Below are positions 1 to 10,717 of a stretch of 62,237 bases of DNA, one piece after another. Origin of the DNA: Candidatus Kryptoniota bacterium (GTDB taxonomy: Bacteria > Bacteroidota > Ignavibacteria > Kryptoniales > JAKASW01); contig JBJKPN010000188.1 of the NCBI GenBank assembly GCA_046706365.1, forward strand, positions 1 through 62,237, given 5' to 3'. Position numbers and translations under genes: made by a program. Numbering within the stretch: the stretch's first letter is position 1; each line of letters opens with the position of its first letter. The notes below the pieces were generated by a model. That model was not told where the DNA came from. It did not search any database and saw nothing but the letters and a program-made list of their open reading frames with translations.

Positions 1-23
1 AAGCAGGACGAAAATAAGCCGAA

Positions 24-503
24 CTATTCATTTTGGACAAGCCTCTTTGATTTGAGTTCTCTGAAGAGTGAGATCCAGACCGGAACCACGAAAAATGCGA
101 GTGAGATGCCGAAAGCGCCTCCGGTTATTGACCGTGATAGAAAAGTATTGTGTCCGATTCCGGCATAATTCTCGGCGAAATCGACGACCATGGCCGCAAG
201 CGGAATTGCGGCAAAAAGGATATTGGGTATTTCCGCCTCCCGTAGCGACTTGAAAAGAGGGTAGACGATTATGCCAAGAGTAGCTCCGTAATAGATCGAT
301 GCGCATCTCGAACAGACGGCGAGCTTGTAACCGAAAATATGAAAACTTCTGGAATCCAACTGGTCGCATACTGGCCGGAAGAACCTGTAGAGTATATCTG
401 CGTTAATTCCAAAATGGAGTAGGATTGGCGGGAATGTAAACATCAAATCATAGACAAGGGCGAGCAAAACCAGGAAAATGTAGCTCTTGGTCTCAACTCT
501 CAA
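24..503 (-). CDS. DUF2085-family membrane protein
   Basis: Hydrophobic segments plus VCDQLDSRSF...VCSRCASIYYG motif; TTG at 503 overlaps the argB stop (TTGA), preferred over the ORF-track start at 599. Confidence 0.75.
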   Translation of the reverse strand: MRVETKSYIFLVLLALVYDLMFTFPPILLHFGINADILYRFFRPVCDQLDSRSFHIFGYKLAVCSRCASIYYGATLGIIVYPLFKSLREAEIPNILFAAIPLAAMVVDFAENYAGIGHNTFLSRSITGGAFGISLAFFVVPVWISLFRELKSKRLVQNE

Positions 504-1267
504 GCGATCACCTGTGTTCCTGCACTCTGTCCTGAGATCACCTTCATTGCGCCGTCTGCGTCTGTCACGAGAGCCGTGCGGACTCCGCTCTTCACGCATC
601 GAATCGCCGCCTCAATTTTTGGCACCATCCCTCCGGTCACGATACCGGTCCTTTTCATCTCCAAGAAGTCCTTCTCGTTCAATTGCGAAACCACCGCACC
701 GTTGTCGATGACACCCGGCACGTTCGATAAGAATATAGTCAATTCAGACGTAAGAGACGATGCGACTGCCGCAGCGGCATAATCCGCATTGACATTCAGT
801 GACATTTTGGAATCGGTGCTAACGCTTATCGGTGAAAGGACAACAGCGAAGCGACCCAGGAGTTCTTCGAGCATGTTCGTGTCCACTGCCACGACCTCGC
901 CGACGAGTCCGACATCTTCGCCCTCCCTCAGCATTCGGTTGGCAACAAGAAGTTTACCGTCGACTCCGCTCAGGCCGATCGCATTAACACCCTTCTGCTG
1001 GAGAGATCTAACGAGCCGTTTATTGATGAGGCCTGAAAGACTCATCTCAACTACATCGATCGTGGCGGCATCCGTATAGCGCATTCCTTTGACGAAATTC
1101 GTTTCAACGCCGAGTGTCGCCAGGAGACGAGTGATTTCCTTACCTCCTCCATGGACCAATACAACCTGATGACTTTCTCTCCTGAGTGTAGCGACGATTG
1201 AGGAGACATTTTCCAGGAAGCCGGCGTCATCGATCTCGTTGCCGCCGATTTTCAAGACGATTCTCAA
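500..1267 (-). CDS. argB: Acetylglutamate kinase
   Basis: VLKIGG, VHGGGKEI, GMRYTD, NVNADYAA, GGMVPKI motifs; adjacent to argC. Confidence 0.93.
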   Translation of the reverse strand: MRIVLKIGGNEIDDAGFLENVSSIVATLRRESHQVVLVHGGGKEITRLLATLGVETNFVKGMRYTDAATIDVVEMSLSGLINKRLVRSLQQKGVNAIGLSGVDGKLLVANRMLREGEDVGLVGEVVAVDTNMLEELLGRFAVVLSPISVSTDSKMSLNVNADYAAAAVASSLTSELTIFLSNVPGVIDNGAVVSQLNEKDFLEMKRTGIVTGGMVPKIEAAIRCVKSGVRTALVTDADGAMKVISGQSAGTQVIA

Positions 1268-2301
1268 ATGAGTCCCTCCGTCTCGGTTATGCCGAACATG
1301 ACGTTGAAGTTCTGTACTGCCTGGCCCGCTGCTCCCTTACCCAGATTGTCGATCGAAGAGACGACAATGGCAAAGGGAGAATTTTCGACTCTCTTGACTG
1401 AAATAACACACATGTTCGTGTTGATAGTATGATGGAAAGAGGCGATTTGATTTTCAGCCAACACCTTGACGAAAGTCTCATTCAGGTAGGTCTCACTGTA
1501 TTCTCTGGTCAGTTCTTCGGTGGACATCTCACGGTTCAGCTTCACATAAATAGTGTTCAGCATTCCTCTTGTAATCGGGACGAGGTGTGGTGAAAAGATA
1601 ATCTTGAGGTCGGATTTCGAGACCTTCTTCAGCTCCTGTTCGATTTCTCCGGTATGGCGGTGAACATATCCGATGTTGTACGGGTAAAGGTTTTCGTTTA
1701 ATTCGGCAAACAGGAGCCTCACCTCCGCCTTTCTGCCCGCGCCGGTGACTCCCGATTTGGCATCGATTATGACCGGCGACGTCAGGTCGGCAAGCCTCTC
1801 CTTCAGGAGCGGATAAACGCCAAGAATCGTTGCGGTAGGATAGCAACCCGGATTTGCAACGAATTGCGCCGTTTCGATCGGAACGCGGTTGATCTCGGTC
1901 AGACCGTAAACGAAATCATCCAGGAAGTCAGGACTCGTGTGCCTGGTACCGTACCATTTTTCATACTCATCGGCGTCGTCAAACCTGTAGTCGGCGCTCA
2001 AGTCGATGATCTTCACGCCGGTTGCGGCTTTGCGTATCTCCTCGACCACGCTTCGTGCTGCTCCGTGCGGCAGGGAAAGGAAGACGGCATCGACGTCCTT
2101 CAGGTCGACGTCGGAGTTTTTCACTATTCCGAAATCGTCGGTGGTCGGATAGATATCGCTAAGTTTTTTCCCGGCCGCAGACTCTGCCGTTATATATTTT
2201 ATTTCCGCTGTATTGTGCCTCCTGAGAATTCGGTAGAGCTCATAACCGGCATAACCTGAGACACCGAATATCGCAACTCGTATTTTATTTTCCGTCGCCA
2301 A
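1264..2301 (-). CDS. argC: N-acetyl-gamma-glutamyl-phosphate reductase
   Basis: [48 protein letters not shown]; TTG start at 2301 chosen for AAGGAG spacing (2307 is the alternative). Confidence 0.95.
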   Translation of the reverse strand: MATENKIRVAIFGVSGYAGYELYRILRRHNTAEIKYITAESAAGKKLSDIYPTTDDFGIVKNSDVDLKDVDAVFLSLPHGAARSVVEEIRKAATGVKIIDLSADYRFDDADEYEKWYGTRHTSPDFLDDFVYGLTEINRVPIETAQFVANPGCYPTATILGVYPLLKERLADLTSPVIIDAKSGVTGAGRKAEVRLLFAELNENLYPYNIGYVHRHTGEIEQELKKVSKSDLKIIFSPHLVPITRGMLNTIYVKLNREMSTEELTREYSETYLNETFVKVLAENQIASFHHTINTNMCVISVKRVENSPFAIVVSSIDNLGKGAAGQAVQNFNVMFGITETEGLI

Positions 2302-3517
2302 GCTCAAACTCCTTATGCAGAACTTCCACCGCCTTTTTCATATCGCCCTCGCTGACCACAACAGACACCTTGATCTCGCTCGTAGATATCATCTGTATGT
2401 TGACGTTTGCATCGGCCAGCGCCTTGAACATCCTTGCCGCCACTCCGGAATGTGTTCTCATTCCGACACCGACCACCGAGACTTTGGCAATCTTCTCGTC
2501 GCCCGTGACGTAAGTGGCTTTCTTCTGCCTGACCAATTCCTGAAGAATCTCCGTAGCCCGCCTGTAGTCGCCCTTGGGGACGGTGAAACTCATATCGGTA
2601 TATCCCTGTGAACTTGCACTCTGGATTATCATGTCTACTATAATCTCTGCTTCCGCAAGCGGTGCGAAAATGCTGTGTGCAATCCCCGGTTTGTCTGAAA
2701 CGTGGAGGACAGTGATTTTCGCTTCATTCTTATCCTGAGAAATTCCCGTCACCACGACACTTTCCATGTCGTTCGTTTCATTTACGACCATCGTTCCCTC
2801 GCTGTCATTGAAACTGCTTCTTACGTGGATAGGTATGTCGAACTTCATTCCGAAGAGCACGGACCGCGTCTGTAGTACCTTTGCTCCGCTGCTGGCCAGC
2901 TCGAACATCTCCTCGAAACTAATTCTCCTGAGCTTTCTGGCGTGCGGTACGAGATTGGGGTCGGCCGTGTATACGCCGTCTACGTCTGTGTAAATCTCGC
3001 AGACCAGCCCGCTTTTCACATACGGCTTCAATGCCGCGGCGATGGCCACCGCCGTCGTATCGGATCCACCCCGACCGAGCGTTGTAATATCTCCTTGTTC
3101 GTCGATCCCCTGGAACCCTGCAACAATCGCAATGGAGCCATCCTTCAAAACGCTCCTCAGTTTCTGTGCATCGATCCTTTTAATGTGCGCCCTCGTGAAG
3201 CTTGAGTCCGTCAGGAGTCTCACCTGGTGATTTTGAAGTGAGCGTGCTTTGTACCCCATGGAGATCAAAGCCATCGCGAGCAGTGCCGTCGACACCTGTT
3301 CACCTGTCGATACTAGAACGTCGAGCTCTCGCGGATCCGGATCGCTGACCGAAGACTTTGCCAGGTCGATCAACCGGTTCGTTTCGCCTGCCATCGCGCT
3401 TACTACGACGACAACGTCGTGTCCTCTGGCTTTCGCATCGGCGACGCGACGGGCGACTTTGCTGATCCTTTCGATGGTCCCCATCGATGTTCCGCCGAAT
3501 TTCTGTACTAATAACAT
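2285..3517 (-). CDS. lysC: Aspartate kinase with two C-terminal ACT domains
   Basis: [33 protein letters not shown]-terminal ISTSEIKVS. Confidence 0.93.
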   Translation of the reverse strand: MLLVQKFGGTSMGTIERISKVARRVADAKARGHDVVVVVSAMAGETNRLIDLAKSSVSDPDPRELDVLVSTGEQVSTALLAMALISMGYKARSLQNHQVRLLTDSSFTRAHIKRIDAQKLRSVLKDGSIAIVAGFQGIDEQGDITTLGRGGSDTTAVAIAAALKPYVKSGLVCEIYTDVDGVYTADPNLVPHARKLRRISFEEMFELASSGAKVLQTRSVLFGMKFDIPIHVRSSFNDSEGTMVVNETNDMESVVVTGISQDKNEAKITVLHVSDKPGIAHSIFAPLAEAEIIVDMIIQSASSQGYTDMSFTVPKGDYRRATEILQELVRQKKATYVTGDEKIAKVSVVGVGMRTHSGVAARMFKALADANVNIQMISTSEIKVSVVVSEGDMKKAVEVLHKEFELGDGK

Positions 3518-3534
3518 CTGGTTTCCGAAGTCAA

Positions 3535-4590
3535 CTATTTAAGATTCATTAGATTCATCACTTCTGAGAGAGATGCAGGTGCGCTAAGCGGTGGCCTGAT
3601 TCCCTGCGACGCCGTGTCGGGATCTTTCAGGCCGTTTCCGGTTAGTGTGCAGACAATGACGTCCTTTTCGGTGAAGTATTTCTCCTTCAGAAGCTTCCTG
3701 AGACCCGCAACGGATGAGGCAGAGGCAGGCTCGCAGAAGATTCCCTCTGTTCCGGCAATCATACGCTGTGCTTCAAGTATTTCCGTATCCGCGACAGTGT
3801 TGATCTGCCCTTTCGACTCATCGAGCGCCTGGACGGCCTGTCTCCAACTCGCCGGATTGCCTATCCTGATTGCCGTGGCAACAGTCTCCGGATGTTCAAC
3901 CACTCTGCCGTGAACAATCGGTGCCGATCCCTCTGCCTGAAAGCCGAGCATCTTCGGTAGCGATGTGTGCCTGGCAGACGCCCACTCTTTATATCCTTTC
4001 CAGTAGGCGGTGATGTTTCCGGCGTTTCCCACAGGCAGCGAATGGTGAGTAGGCGAGGCGCCAAGAGTCTCTATTATTTCAAACGAGGCCGTCTTCTGTC
4101 CCTCGATCCTGAATGGGTTGATCGAGTTTACGATTACGACATTAGTCTTCTCGCCGATTTCACGAACGATTCTCAACGCGTCATCGAAATTGCCGTCAAT
4201 CTCTATCACCTTGGCGCCGTAAATCAGTGCCTGCGCCAGCTTACCGATGGCGATCTTACCCTTCGGCAGAATCACAAACGCCTGCAGGCCGGCCTTCGCG
4301 GCATACGCGGCGGCGGACGCCGACGTGTTTCCGGTCGAAGCGCAGATAACCGCCTTCGCTCCTTTCCTGACAGCCTCGGTAATTGCAACGGTCATGCCTC
4401 GGTCCTTGAATGAACCTGTCGGATTAGCGCCTTCAAATTTCAGGAAGAGCTTGCATGGAGCCTTGAGTTCTTTCCTCAAATTGTCGGCTTCGATCAACGG
4501 CGTGTTGCCTTCAAGAAGGGTAACCGGTTGGATGTCTTCCATGAATGGCAGATATTCCGGATATTTCTTTATTACGCCTGAATAGGACAT
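3535..4590 (-). CDS. thrC: Threonine synthase
   Basis: [13 protein letters not shown] lysine motif, [34 protein letters not shown]. Confidence 0.95.
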   Translation of the reverse strand: MSYSGVIKKYPEYLPFMEDIQPVTLLEGNTPLIEADNLRKELKAPCKLFLKFEGANPTGSFKDRGMTVAITEAVRKGAKAVICASTGNTSASAAAYAAKAGLQAFVILPKGKIAIGKLAQALIYGAKVIEIDGNFDDALRIVREIGEKTNVVIVNSINPFRIEGQKTASFEIIETLGASPTHHSLPVGNAGNITAYWKGYKEWASARHTSLPKMLGFQAEGSAPIVHGRVVEHPETVATAIRIGNPASWRQAVQALDESKGQINTVADTEILEAQRMIAGTEGIFCEPASASSVAGLRKLLKEKYFTEKDVIVCTLTGNGLKDPDTASQGIRPPLSAPASLSEVMNLMNLK

Positions 4591-4611
4591 TTGGTTAGTT
4601 TCAAAATAAGT

Positions 4612-5640
4612 TTAGAATTTCAGTAAAATCTTCCCGAACTGTTGCCTGTCTTCGATTAACCTGTGGGCTTCCTGCACTTCGGTGAAGGGGAGGATCCTAT
4701 CGATAACGGCGGAAAATTTCTTCCTGCTGAGCAAATCGAGAAGTATCATGAGGCGGCTCTTGCTGGCCATCGTACTTCCGTAGATCGTTAACTGTTTTGC
4801 GAAAAGCTGCCTGAGGTCGGTCACGGCCTCATAGCCTGTCGTCGAGCCGCAAGTCACGATTCTCCCGCCGTATTTTGCGGAGAGGATGCTTTCCCGCCAC
4901 GTGGCCTGGCCGGTATGTTCAAAAACTATATCGACGCCTCGTCTGTCCGTCAGCTTCCTGACGCTCTGGGAAATTCCCTCCAGATTATAGTTGATGACGT
5001 CATCGGCTCCGATTGCCCTTGCCTTAGCGAGCTTCTCTTCCGAGCCGGCGACCGCTATGACGCGAGCACCGAATAATTTAGCTATCTGGATGGCCGCGGT
5101 CCCGACACCGCTTCCCGCACCAAGGACGAGGATATCTTCCATCGGCCGAACCGTCGCTTTGTCCACGAGCATCTGGTAGGCGGTCATGAAAACGAGTGCA
5201 GAGGCCGCCGCGTGTTCGAACGGTACGTTACCGGGAAGCTTGAAGACTTCCTCTCTTTTCACGGCTACGTACTCCGAATCAACTCCGTCGCAATGCTCTC
5301 CGCGGATCTTGTACTGCCGGCATAAGTTGTCCCTGCCGTTCAGACATTGCTCGCATGTCCCGCATGATGTTGCGGGAGATATGAGAACGTTGTCGCCGGC
5401 CTGCAGATCGGTGACTTCATCGCCGACAGCGGTAATTGTACCGGCACCGTCGGAACCCAGAATCATCGGTAGGTGAAATGTGACACTCGGAAGACCAGTT
5501 CGCACCCAGATATCGAGGTGATTGACTGAGGCAACCTTCACCTTCACTACTACTTCCCTTGCTCTGGGAGTAGGGGAGGGGAGATTATCGACTACGAGCT
5601 TTTCAATGCCCCCGTGCTCGTGGACACGAATGGCTTTCAC
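4612..5640 (-). CDS. Zinc-binding alcohol dehydrogenase / MDR-family oxidoreductase
   Basis: CGTCEQC...C structural zinc motif, GAGSGVG NAD(P) loop, GKILL C-terminus. Confidence 0.88.
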   Translation of the reverse strand: MKAIRVHEHGGIEKLVVDNLPSPTPRAREVVVKVKVASVNHLDIWVRTGLPSVTFHLPMILGSDGAGTITAVGDEVTDLQAGDNVLISPATSCGTCEQCLNGRDNLCRQYKIRGEHCDGVDSEYVAVKREEVFKLPGNVPFEHAAASALVFMTAYQMLVDKATVRPMEDILVLGAGSGVGTAAIQIAKLFGARVIAVAGSEEKLAKARAIGADDVINYNLEGISQSVRKLTDRRGVDIVFEHTGQATWRESILSAKYGGRIVTCGSTTGYEAVTDLRQLFAKQLTIYGSTMASKSRLMILLDLLSRKKFSAVIDRILPFTEVQEAHRLIEDRQQFGKILLKF

Positions 5641-5641
5641 T

Positions 5642-6400
5642 TCAACCGACCAACACCGAGCCGCCGTTTACATTGAGAATCTCGCCTGTGACGTGGCGGG
5701 CGAGATCGGATGCAAGGAAGAGAATCGGTCCGGCGATATCCTCCCCGACCGGTATTTTTCCAAGCGGAATCGAGCGGCGAACCTCTTCTTTGTAGTCTTT
5801 GTCGCTGAACACGTTTTCGCACATTTCAGTGTCGACCCAGCCGGGGGCTACACAATTGACCCTTATGTTAAATCGGCCTAGTTCCGTTGACAGGCTCTTC
5901 GTAAGCGAAATCACGCCACCTTTGCTCGCAGCGTAATGGGAGTGGCCTGCTTCGCCGCGCTGCCCCGCCGTAGACGAAATGTTTATGATGCTGCCGCCGC
6001 CTTGTTGTTTCATTATGGGGACAACATAATGGCAGAAGAGGAATGTTCCTTTCAAATTGAGGCCAATTGTGTCATCCCAGACATCTTCGCTCATAGAATC
6101 AATTTCACCAAAGGTCCACATCCCTGCATTATTAACGAGAATATCTATGTGCCCGAATTCTTTTTGAGTTTCCCCGACAATTCTCTTTGCGACTTCACTC
6201 TTGCTGTTGTCGCCCTTGAAGGCTTTTGCCTTCTTTCCGAGTTGTCGAATCCGGCCCACGACCTCATTCGCCCTCGATTCATTGCCCCGATATGTGATCG
6301 CTACATCCGCGCCCGCCTTCGCCAACAAAATTGCCGTGGCAGCACCTATGCCTCTCGATCCACCGGTTATCAGGGCAACCTGACCGGCTAAGCTTATCAT
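5642..6400 (-). CDS. SDR-family oxidoreductase (FabG-like)
   Basis: TGGSRGIG, NNAG, YAASK, VAPGWVDT; start set at ATG 6400 (MISLAGQ). Confidence 0.9.
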   Translation of the reverse strand: MISLAGQVALITGGSRGIGAATAILLAKAGADVAITYRGNESRANEVVGRIRQLGKKAKAFKGDNSKSEVAKRIVGETQKEFGHIDILVNNAGMWTFGEIDSMSEDVWDDTIGLNLKGTFLFCHYVVPIMKQQGGGSIINISSTAGQRGEAGHSHYAASKGGVISLTKSLSTELGRFNIRVNCVAPGWVDTEMCENVFSDKDYKEEVRRSIPLGKIPVGEDIAGPILFLASDLARHVTGEILNVNGGSVLVG

Positions 6401-6433
6401 CAATCTTCCTGAATTTGTCTGGACTACTAGTAG

Positions 6434-6462
6434 AAAATAAAGAAGCACGGCTATTGTTTCAA
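6434..6462 (-). promoter_or_regulatory. sigma70-like promoter for the SDR-thrC-lysC-arg operon
   Basis: TTGAAA-N17-TATTTT on the minus strand. Confidence 0.55.
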
Positions 6463-6568
6463 TAAATGCACGATTTTTATTCCAACTGCCGAATGATTCG
6501 TGCTGCATCGCAGCCACAAAGCGTCCGGTTCACGGCATCTTTATACCCGGGAGGTTCGGCAAATTACG

Positions 6569-6597
6569 TTGTATATCTGTCTCGACGGCCTTAAATT
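6569..6597 (+). promoter_or_regulatory. sigma70-like promoter upstream of the recombinase-like gene and leuS operon
   Basis: TTGTAT(6569-6574)-N17-TAAATT(6592-6597); ATG follows at 6607. Confidence 0.5.
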
Positions 6598-6606
6598 CAT
6601 TGAAAA

Positions 6607-7506
6607 ATGATTGAGACCAAGTTTCCCACTACCACGATTCCGCAAAGTCAGCTGGTGATCCTCGTCAAGCAGTTCGAAGAAGGGATGCAGTTTGCCCGGG
6701 GAACTACCAAGCACGTTTATGCCAGGGCACTTGACCAGTTGCTTCTTTATGCCAGGTCGAATGTATTCGGCTTCACGCCGGACGATTTTGTGCAGTTCAG
6801 AGTCTGGCTGTTCAATCAAAGACACCTTTCCACGAACACGGTGAATACTTACCTCACTGCTTCCAGGCGATTCTGCGAATTCCTTGTGGAGACGGGAGTA
6901 CTTCAGAAGAATCCCACTTGGAGCGTACACGGCACGGCACAGGAATTCAAGATACTCGGAATCGGGCTGACAGAAGTGACGAAAGCGGTTTCGCGAATCA
7001 ACCGGACGAGCGTTTTGGGAAAACGCGATTATGCATTTCTTGTGACAATTCTCGAGTGCGGCGCGGCAATTCACGAGCTGATAAACGCCGATGTCGGGGA
7101 TCTGAAAAAGAATGGGAACAAGGTAGAACTCCGGGTGAAGTCTAATGGCGTGAAGGAAAAGCAGGAGACGCTGACAGTGAGCCATACGGCAGCAGCAGCG
7201 CTTTACGACTACATCGGTGCGCGTGGGGTGGTTGCGGCCACCGCCCCTCTTTTCGGGACAGCCCGTGCCGGCAGGGCGCAGAATGCGAGGCTTTCCTTCC
7301 GAGGTGCGCGAGCTGCGATGCGCAAACGTTTGAAAGTGGATGAAAGACGGACTCTGCGACTCGATTCTCTCAGAACTTACTGCGCTGTGAGACTCATGAA
7401 ACAGGGCAAGACTTCCGATGAGATCCGTTTATTCATGCGATTCAAAAGCGGCATGCCATTCAGAAGAATAATGACAAATTCAAAAGCGATAATAGAATCA
7501 AGATGA
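6607..7506 (+). CDS. Tyrosine recombinase/integrase-fold protein, predicted catalytically inactive
   Basis: N-terminal core-binding pattern (TVNTYLTASRRFCEFL...KNP), KRDYA box I, PLF, SLR box II; catalytic R, K, H, H/W and Y positions substituted; ATGA overlap with leuS. Confidence 0.85.
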   Translation: MIETKFPTTTIPQSQLVILVKQFEEGMQFARGTTKHVYARALDQLLLYARSNVFGFTPDDFVQFRVWLFNQRHLSTNTVNTYLTASRRFCEFLVETGVLQKNPTWSVHGTAQEFKILGIGLTEVTKAVSRINRTSVLGKRDYAFLVTILECGAAIHELINADVGDLKKNGNKVELRVKSNGVKEKQETLTVSHTAAAALYDYIGARGVVAATAPLFGTARAGRAQNARLSFRGARAAMRKRLKVDERRTLRLDSLRTYCAVRLMKQGKTSDEIRLFMRFKSGMPFRRIMTNSKAIIESR

Positions 7507-9968
7507 AATACGATTTTACAGCGATCGAAGAGAGATGGCAGAAGTTCTGGGAAGAGAACAAGGTTTACAGTGCAAAGCTGTCCGATCCGGACAAGAAACT
7601 ATACTGCCTGGTCATGTTTCTATATCCGAGCGGCGACAGACTTCACATCGGCCACTGGTATAATTTTGCCCCAACCGACACCTGGGCCAGGTTCAATCGA
7701 CTGAAAGGCTACAACGTTTTCGAGCCTATGGGCTATGATGCTTTTGGCCTTCCGGCGGAGAACTATGCAATCAAAACAGGAGTCCATCCTCAGGACAGCA
7801 CGCAGAAGAACATACGAGACATAAGGACGCAGCTCAAGAAAATGGGCGCGATGTACGATTTCGACTACGAGGTAGACACATCCAATCCTGAATACTATAA
7901 ATGGACCCAATGGATATTCCTCGAGCTTTATAAGAAGGGCCTCGCATACCGTACAAACGCACCCGTAAATTGGTGTCCGAAGGATCAGACGGTCCTGGCA
8001 AACGAGCAGGTTGTGGATGGACTCTGCGAGCGTTGCAGCACTCCCGTAGTCCGGAAAGACATGACCCAGTGGTTCTTCAAGATAACCGATTATGCAGACA
8101 GGCTTCTGGAAGGACTCGACAGGATCGACTGGCCCGAGCGAACGAAGCTTATGCAGCGCAACTGGATAGGCAGAAGTGAGGGCGTCGAAATCGTTTTCAA
8201 GATCGAAGACAAAAACGATACTATCCGCGTCTTCACGACGAGACCCGATACTCTGTTTGGAGCTACTTACGTTGTCCTCGCCCCTGAGCATCCGCTTGTC
8301 CGGGATGTCACAAAGCCTGAATTCAAATCCAAGGTTGATGAATACGTCGATTTTGTTGCACACGAAAACGAAATCGAAAGGACTTCGACATCAAAAGAGA
8401 AGACCGGTGTTCCCACAGGGGCATTCGCGATCAACCCTATCAACGGAGAGAAAATTCCGATTTGGATTGCCGATTACGTTCTCTCTACCTACGGGACAGG
8501 CGCGGTGATGGCAGTGCCTGCTCATGACGGGCGTGATTTTGAATTTGCCAGGAAATATCAGCTGCCGATAAGGACGGTTGTACAGCCGATGGACGGTAAG
8601 CTGCCCGAGACGCTGGAGGCCGCGTATGTCGATGAAGGCGTCGCTGTTAACAGCGGCCACTTCGACGGGCTTGAGACCCCGAAAGTATGGGATGGCATAG
8701 CCGATGAACTTCAGAAGAACGGCAGCGCAACTCGCAAAGTGAACTACCGTATCCGTGATTGGCTCCTTTCCCGGCAGCGCTACTGGGGCGCTCCGATTCC
8801 GATTATTCATTGCGGCAAATGCGGGGAAGTTCCTGTACCCGATAAGGACCTACCGGTAGTTCTCCCTTACGACGTGGAATTCAAACCCACAGGAGAATCT
8901 CCGCTTGCGAGGAACGAAAAGTTCGTCAATGTAGCTTGCCCCAGGTGCGGAGGACCCGCAAAACGCGATGTCGATACAATGGACACCTTTGTAGATTCAT
9001 CCTGGTACTTCCTGCGATACCTGACGCCGCACCTTGATTCCGCTGCGTTCGACGACGGGCTTGTGTCTCATTGGCTGCCGGTCGATAAGTATGTCGGCGG
9101 TGCCGAGCATGCCGTGATGCATTTGCTTTATGCGCGGTTTGTGATCAAAGCGCTCCATGATGCCGGCCGGCTGAAATTCGACGAGCCCTTCACAAGTCTT
9201 GTTCACCAGGGCATTATTACAAATCAGGGCGCGAAGATGTCCAAGTCCCGCGGCAACGTCGTGAACCCGGACCAGTTCGTCAACTCCTACGGCGCCGACA
9301 CCTTCAGGATGTTTCTGATGTTTATGGGACCGTACAATGAGGGAGGGGACTGGAGCGACAGGGGAATCACGGGAATATTCAGATTTCTCAACAAGGTTTA
9401 CGACCTGTTCGAGTCGAGCAAGGGGATACCGCAAGCGGCTCATACGAAATTCAGGATGGACGACTTACGTGAAGACGAACGCAGCGTTTATCGCAAGGTC
9501 AATCAACTCATCAAAAAGGTAACGGAGGATCTCGAGCAATTCAGGTTCAACACGGCGATCGCCGGGTTGATGGAATTCCTGAATGATTACACTCAAGCCA
9601 TCTCTCAAAACACAGTCGGTAGTCCGTTGCAGGGATATGTGCTTCATCAGTTCATTGTCCTTTTGGCGCCGTTCTCCCCTCATCTTGCGGAAGAGTTGAA
9701 CGAGATGCGCGGGGGGAAGACCTCAGTCTTCGCTTCGCTGAAGTGGCCGGAATACGATCCCGAGGCCATAACGGAAGCGAACGTGACGCTCGTCGTCCAG
9801 GTCAACGGAAAAGTCAGAGCCAAGTTGGTCGTTCCCGTAGATTCGAGCGACGACGCCGTGAAGGCCTTGGCGACAGCGGAAGCAAATGTCCAGAGGCATC
9901 TCGAGGGAAAGACAATCCTGAAAACAGTAGTCGTTCAAAACAGGCTGCTCAACTTCGTAGTCAGATAA
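7503..9968 (+). CDS. leuS: Leucine--tRNA ligase
   Basis: HIGH (LHIGH) and KMSKS motifs, FTTRPDT editing domain, DTMDTFVDSSWY. Confidence 0.98.
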   Translation: MKYDFTAIEERWQKFWEENKVYSAKLSDPDKKLYCLVMFLYPSGDRLHIGHWYNFAPTDTWARFNRLKGYNVFEPMGYDAFGLPAENYAIKTGVHPQDSTQKNIRDIRTQLKKMGAMYDFDYEVDTSNPEYYKWTQWIFLELYKKGLAYRTNAPVNWCPKDQTVLANEQVVDGLCERCSTPVVRKDMTQWFFKITDYADRLLEGLDRIDWPERTKLMQRNWIGRSEGVEIVFKIEDKNDTIRVFTTRPDTLFGATYVVLAPEHPLVRDVTKPEFKSKVDEYVDFVAHENEIERTSTSKEKTGVPTGAFAINPINGEKIPIWIADYVLSTYGTGAVMAVPAHDGRDFEFARKYQLPIRTVVQPMDGKLPETLEAAYVDEGVAVNSGHFDGLETPKVWDGIADELQKNGSATRKVNYRIRDWLLSRQRYWGAPIPIIHCGKCGEVPVPDKDLPVVLPYDVEFKPTGESPLARNEKFVNVACPRCGGPAKRDVDTMDTFVDSSWYFLRYLTPHLDSAAFDDGLVSHWLPVDKYVGGAEHAVMHLLYARFVIKALHDAGRLKFDEPFTSLVHQGIITNQGAKMSKSRGNVVNPDQFVNSYGADTFRMFLMFMGPYNEGGDWSDRGITGIFRFLNKVYDLFESSKGIPQAAHTKFRMDDLREDERSVYRKVNQLIKKVTEDLEQFRFNTAIAGLMEFLNDYTQAISQNTVGSPLQGYVLHQFIVLLAPFSPHLAEELNEMRGGKTSVFASLKWPEYDPEAITEANVTLVVQVNGKVRAKLVVPVDSSDDAVKALATAEANVQRHLEGKTILKTVVVQNRLLNFVVR

Positions 9969-10717
9969 TGCAGCGAATATCTGCGGTCGTCATAGCTGGA
10001 AGCGAGGAGAAGAACATTGCCGGCTGTCTGGAAAGCCTGCGATGGACCGACGAAATCATCGTGGTAAATTCCGAGAGCAAAGACAGGACCGTTGACATTG
10101 CGCACGAATTCACCGACAAGGTCTTCATACGGAAATGGCAGGGTTACGCGTCTCAGAAGAAGTTCGCCGTTGAAAAAGCATCCAACGAGTGGGTTCTCAG
10201 CCTGGATGCCGACGAGAGAGTCTCTGAAGAGCTGCGTGATGAAATCGCCGGGCTCGACTTTGCGCGGGCCGACGGCTTCTATATTCCGCGCAGAAATTAT
10301 TTCCTCGATAAAGTGATACGAAGCTGCGGATGGTCTCCCGACTATCAAATGAGGCTATTCGACAAGTCCAGGTCGCATATGAACGAGCGAATTGTTCATG
10401 AAGGTTTCGTAGTAGACGGACGGACTGGACATCTCAAGGGAGAGATAATCCATTACACTCACATGACTATCAGCGATGCCATGAGGAAATCTAATGAATT
10501 TTCCGCACTGAGCGCGGTGGAGAAATCCGGACGCAGGAAGGTAAGAGGGCGGCATATTTTCTTTTTCCCGGCTTACGCTTTCTTTCATCACTACATTATG
10601 CGGAGGGGATTCACCGACGGAGTGCACGGATTGATGGTGTCGCTAGTACACGCAGTCACGAACTTGCAGACGCAGCTCAGGATTTGGGAAATGCAGAATG
10701 TCAGGGAAAAGAAATAA
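9968..10717 (+). CDS. Glycosyltransferase family 2 (WaaE/KdtX-like)
   Basis: EWVLSLDADERV motif, VHE, IHYT; TAATG overlap with the leuS stop. Confidence 0.88.
   Translation: MQRISAVVIAGSEEKNIAGCLESLRWTDEIIVVNSESKDRTVDIAHEFTDKVFIRKWQGYASQKKFAVEKASNEWVLSLDADERVSEELRDEIAGLDFARADGFYIPRRNYFLDKVIRSCGWSPDYQMRLFDKSRSHMNERIVHEGFVVDGRTGHLKGEIIHYTHMTISDAMRKSNEFSALSAVEKSGRRKVRGRHIFFFPAYAFFHHYIMRRGFTDGVHGLMVSLVHAVTNLQTQLRIWEMQNVREKK

Noticed and set aside
6607-7506. Active integrase marking a prophage or genomic island
   Set aside because: Catalytic residues are missing; no att repeats, tRNA target or cargo genes; both flanks are core genes
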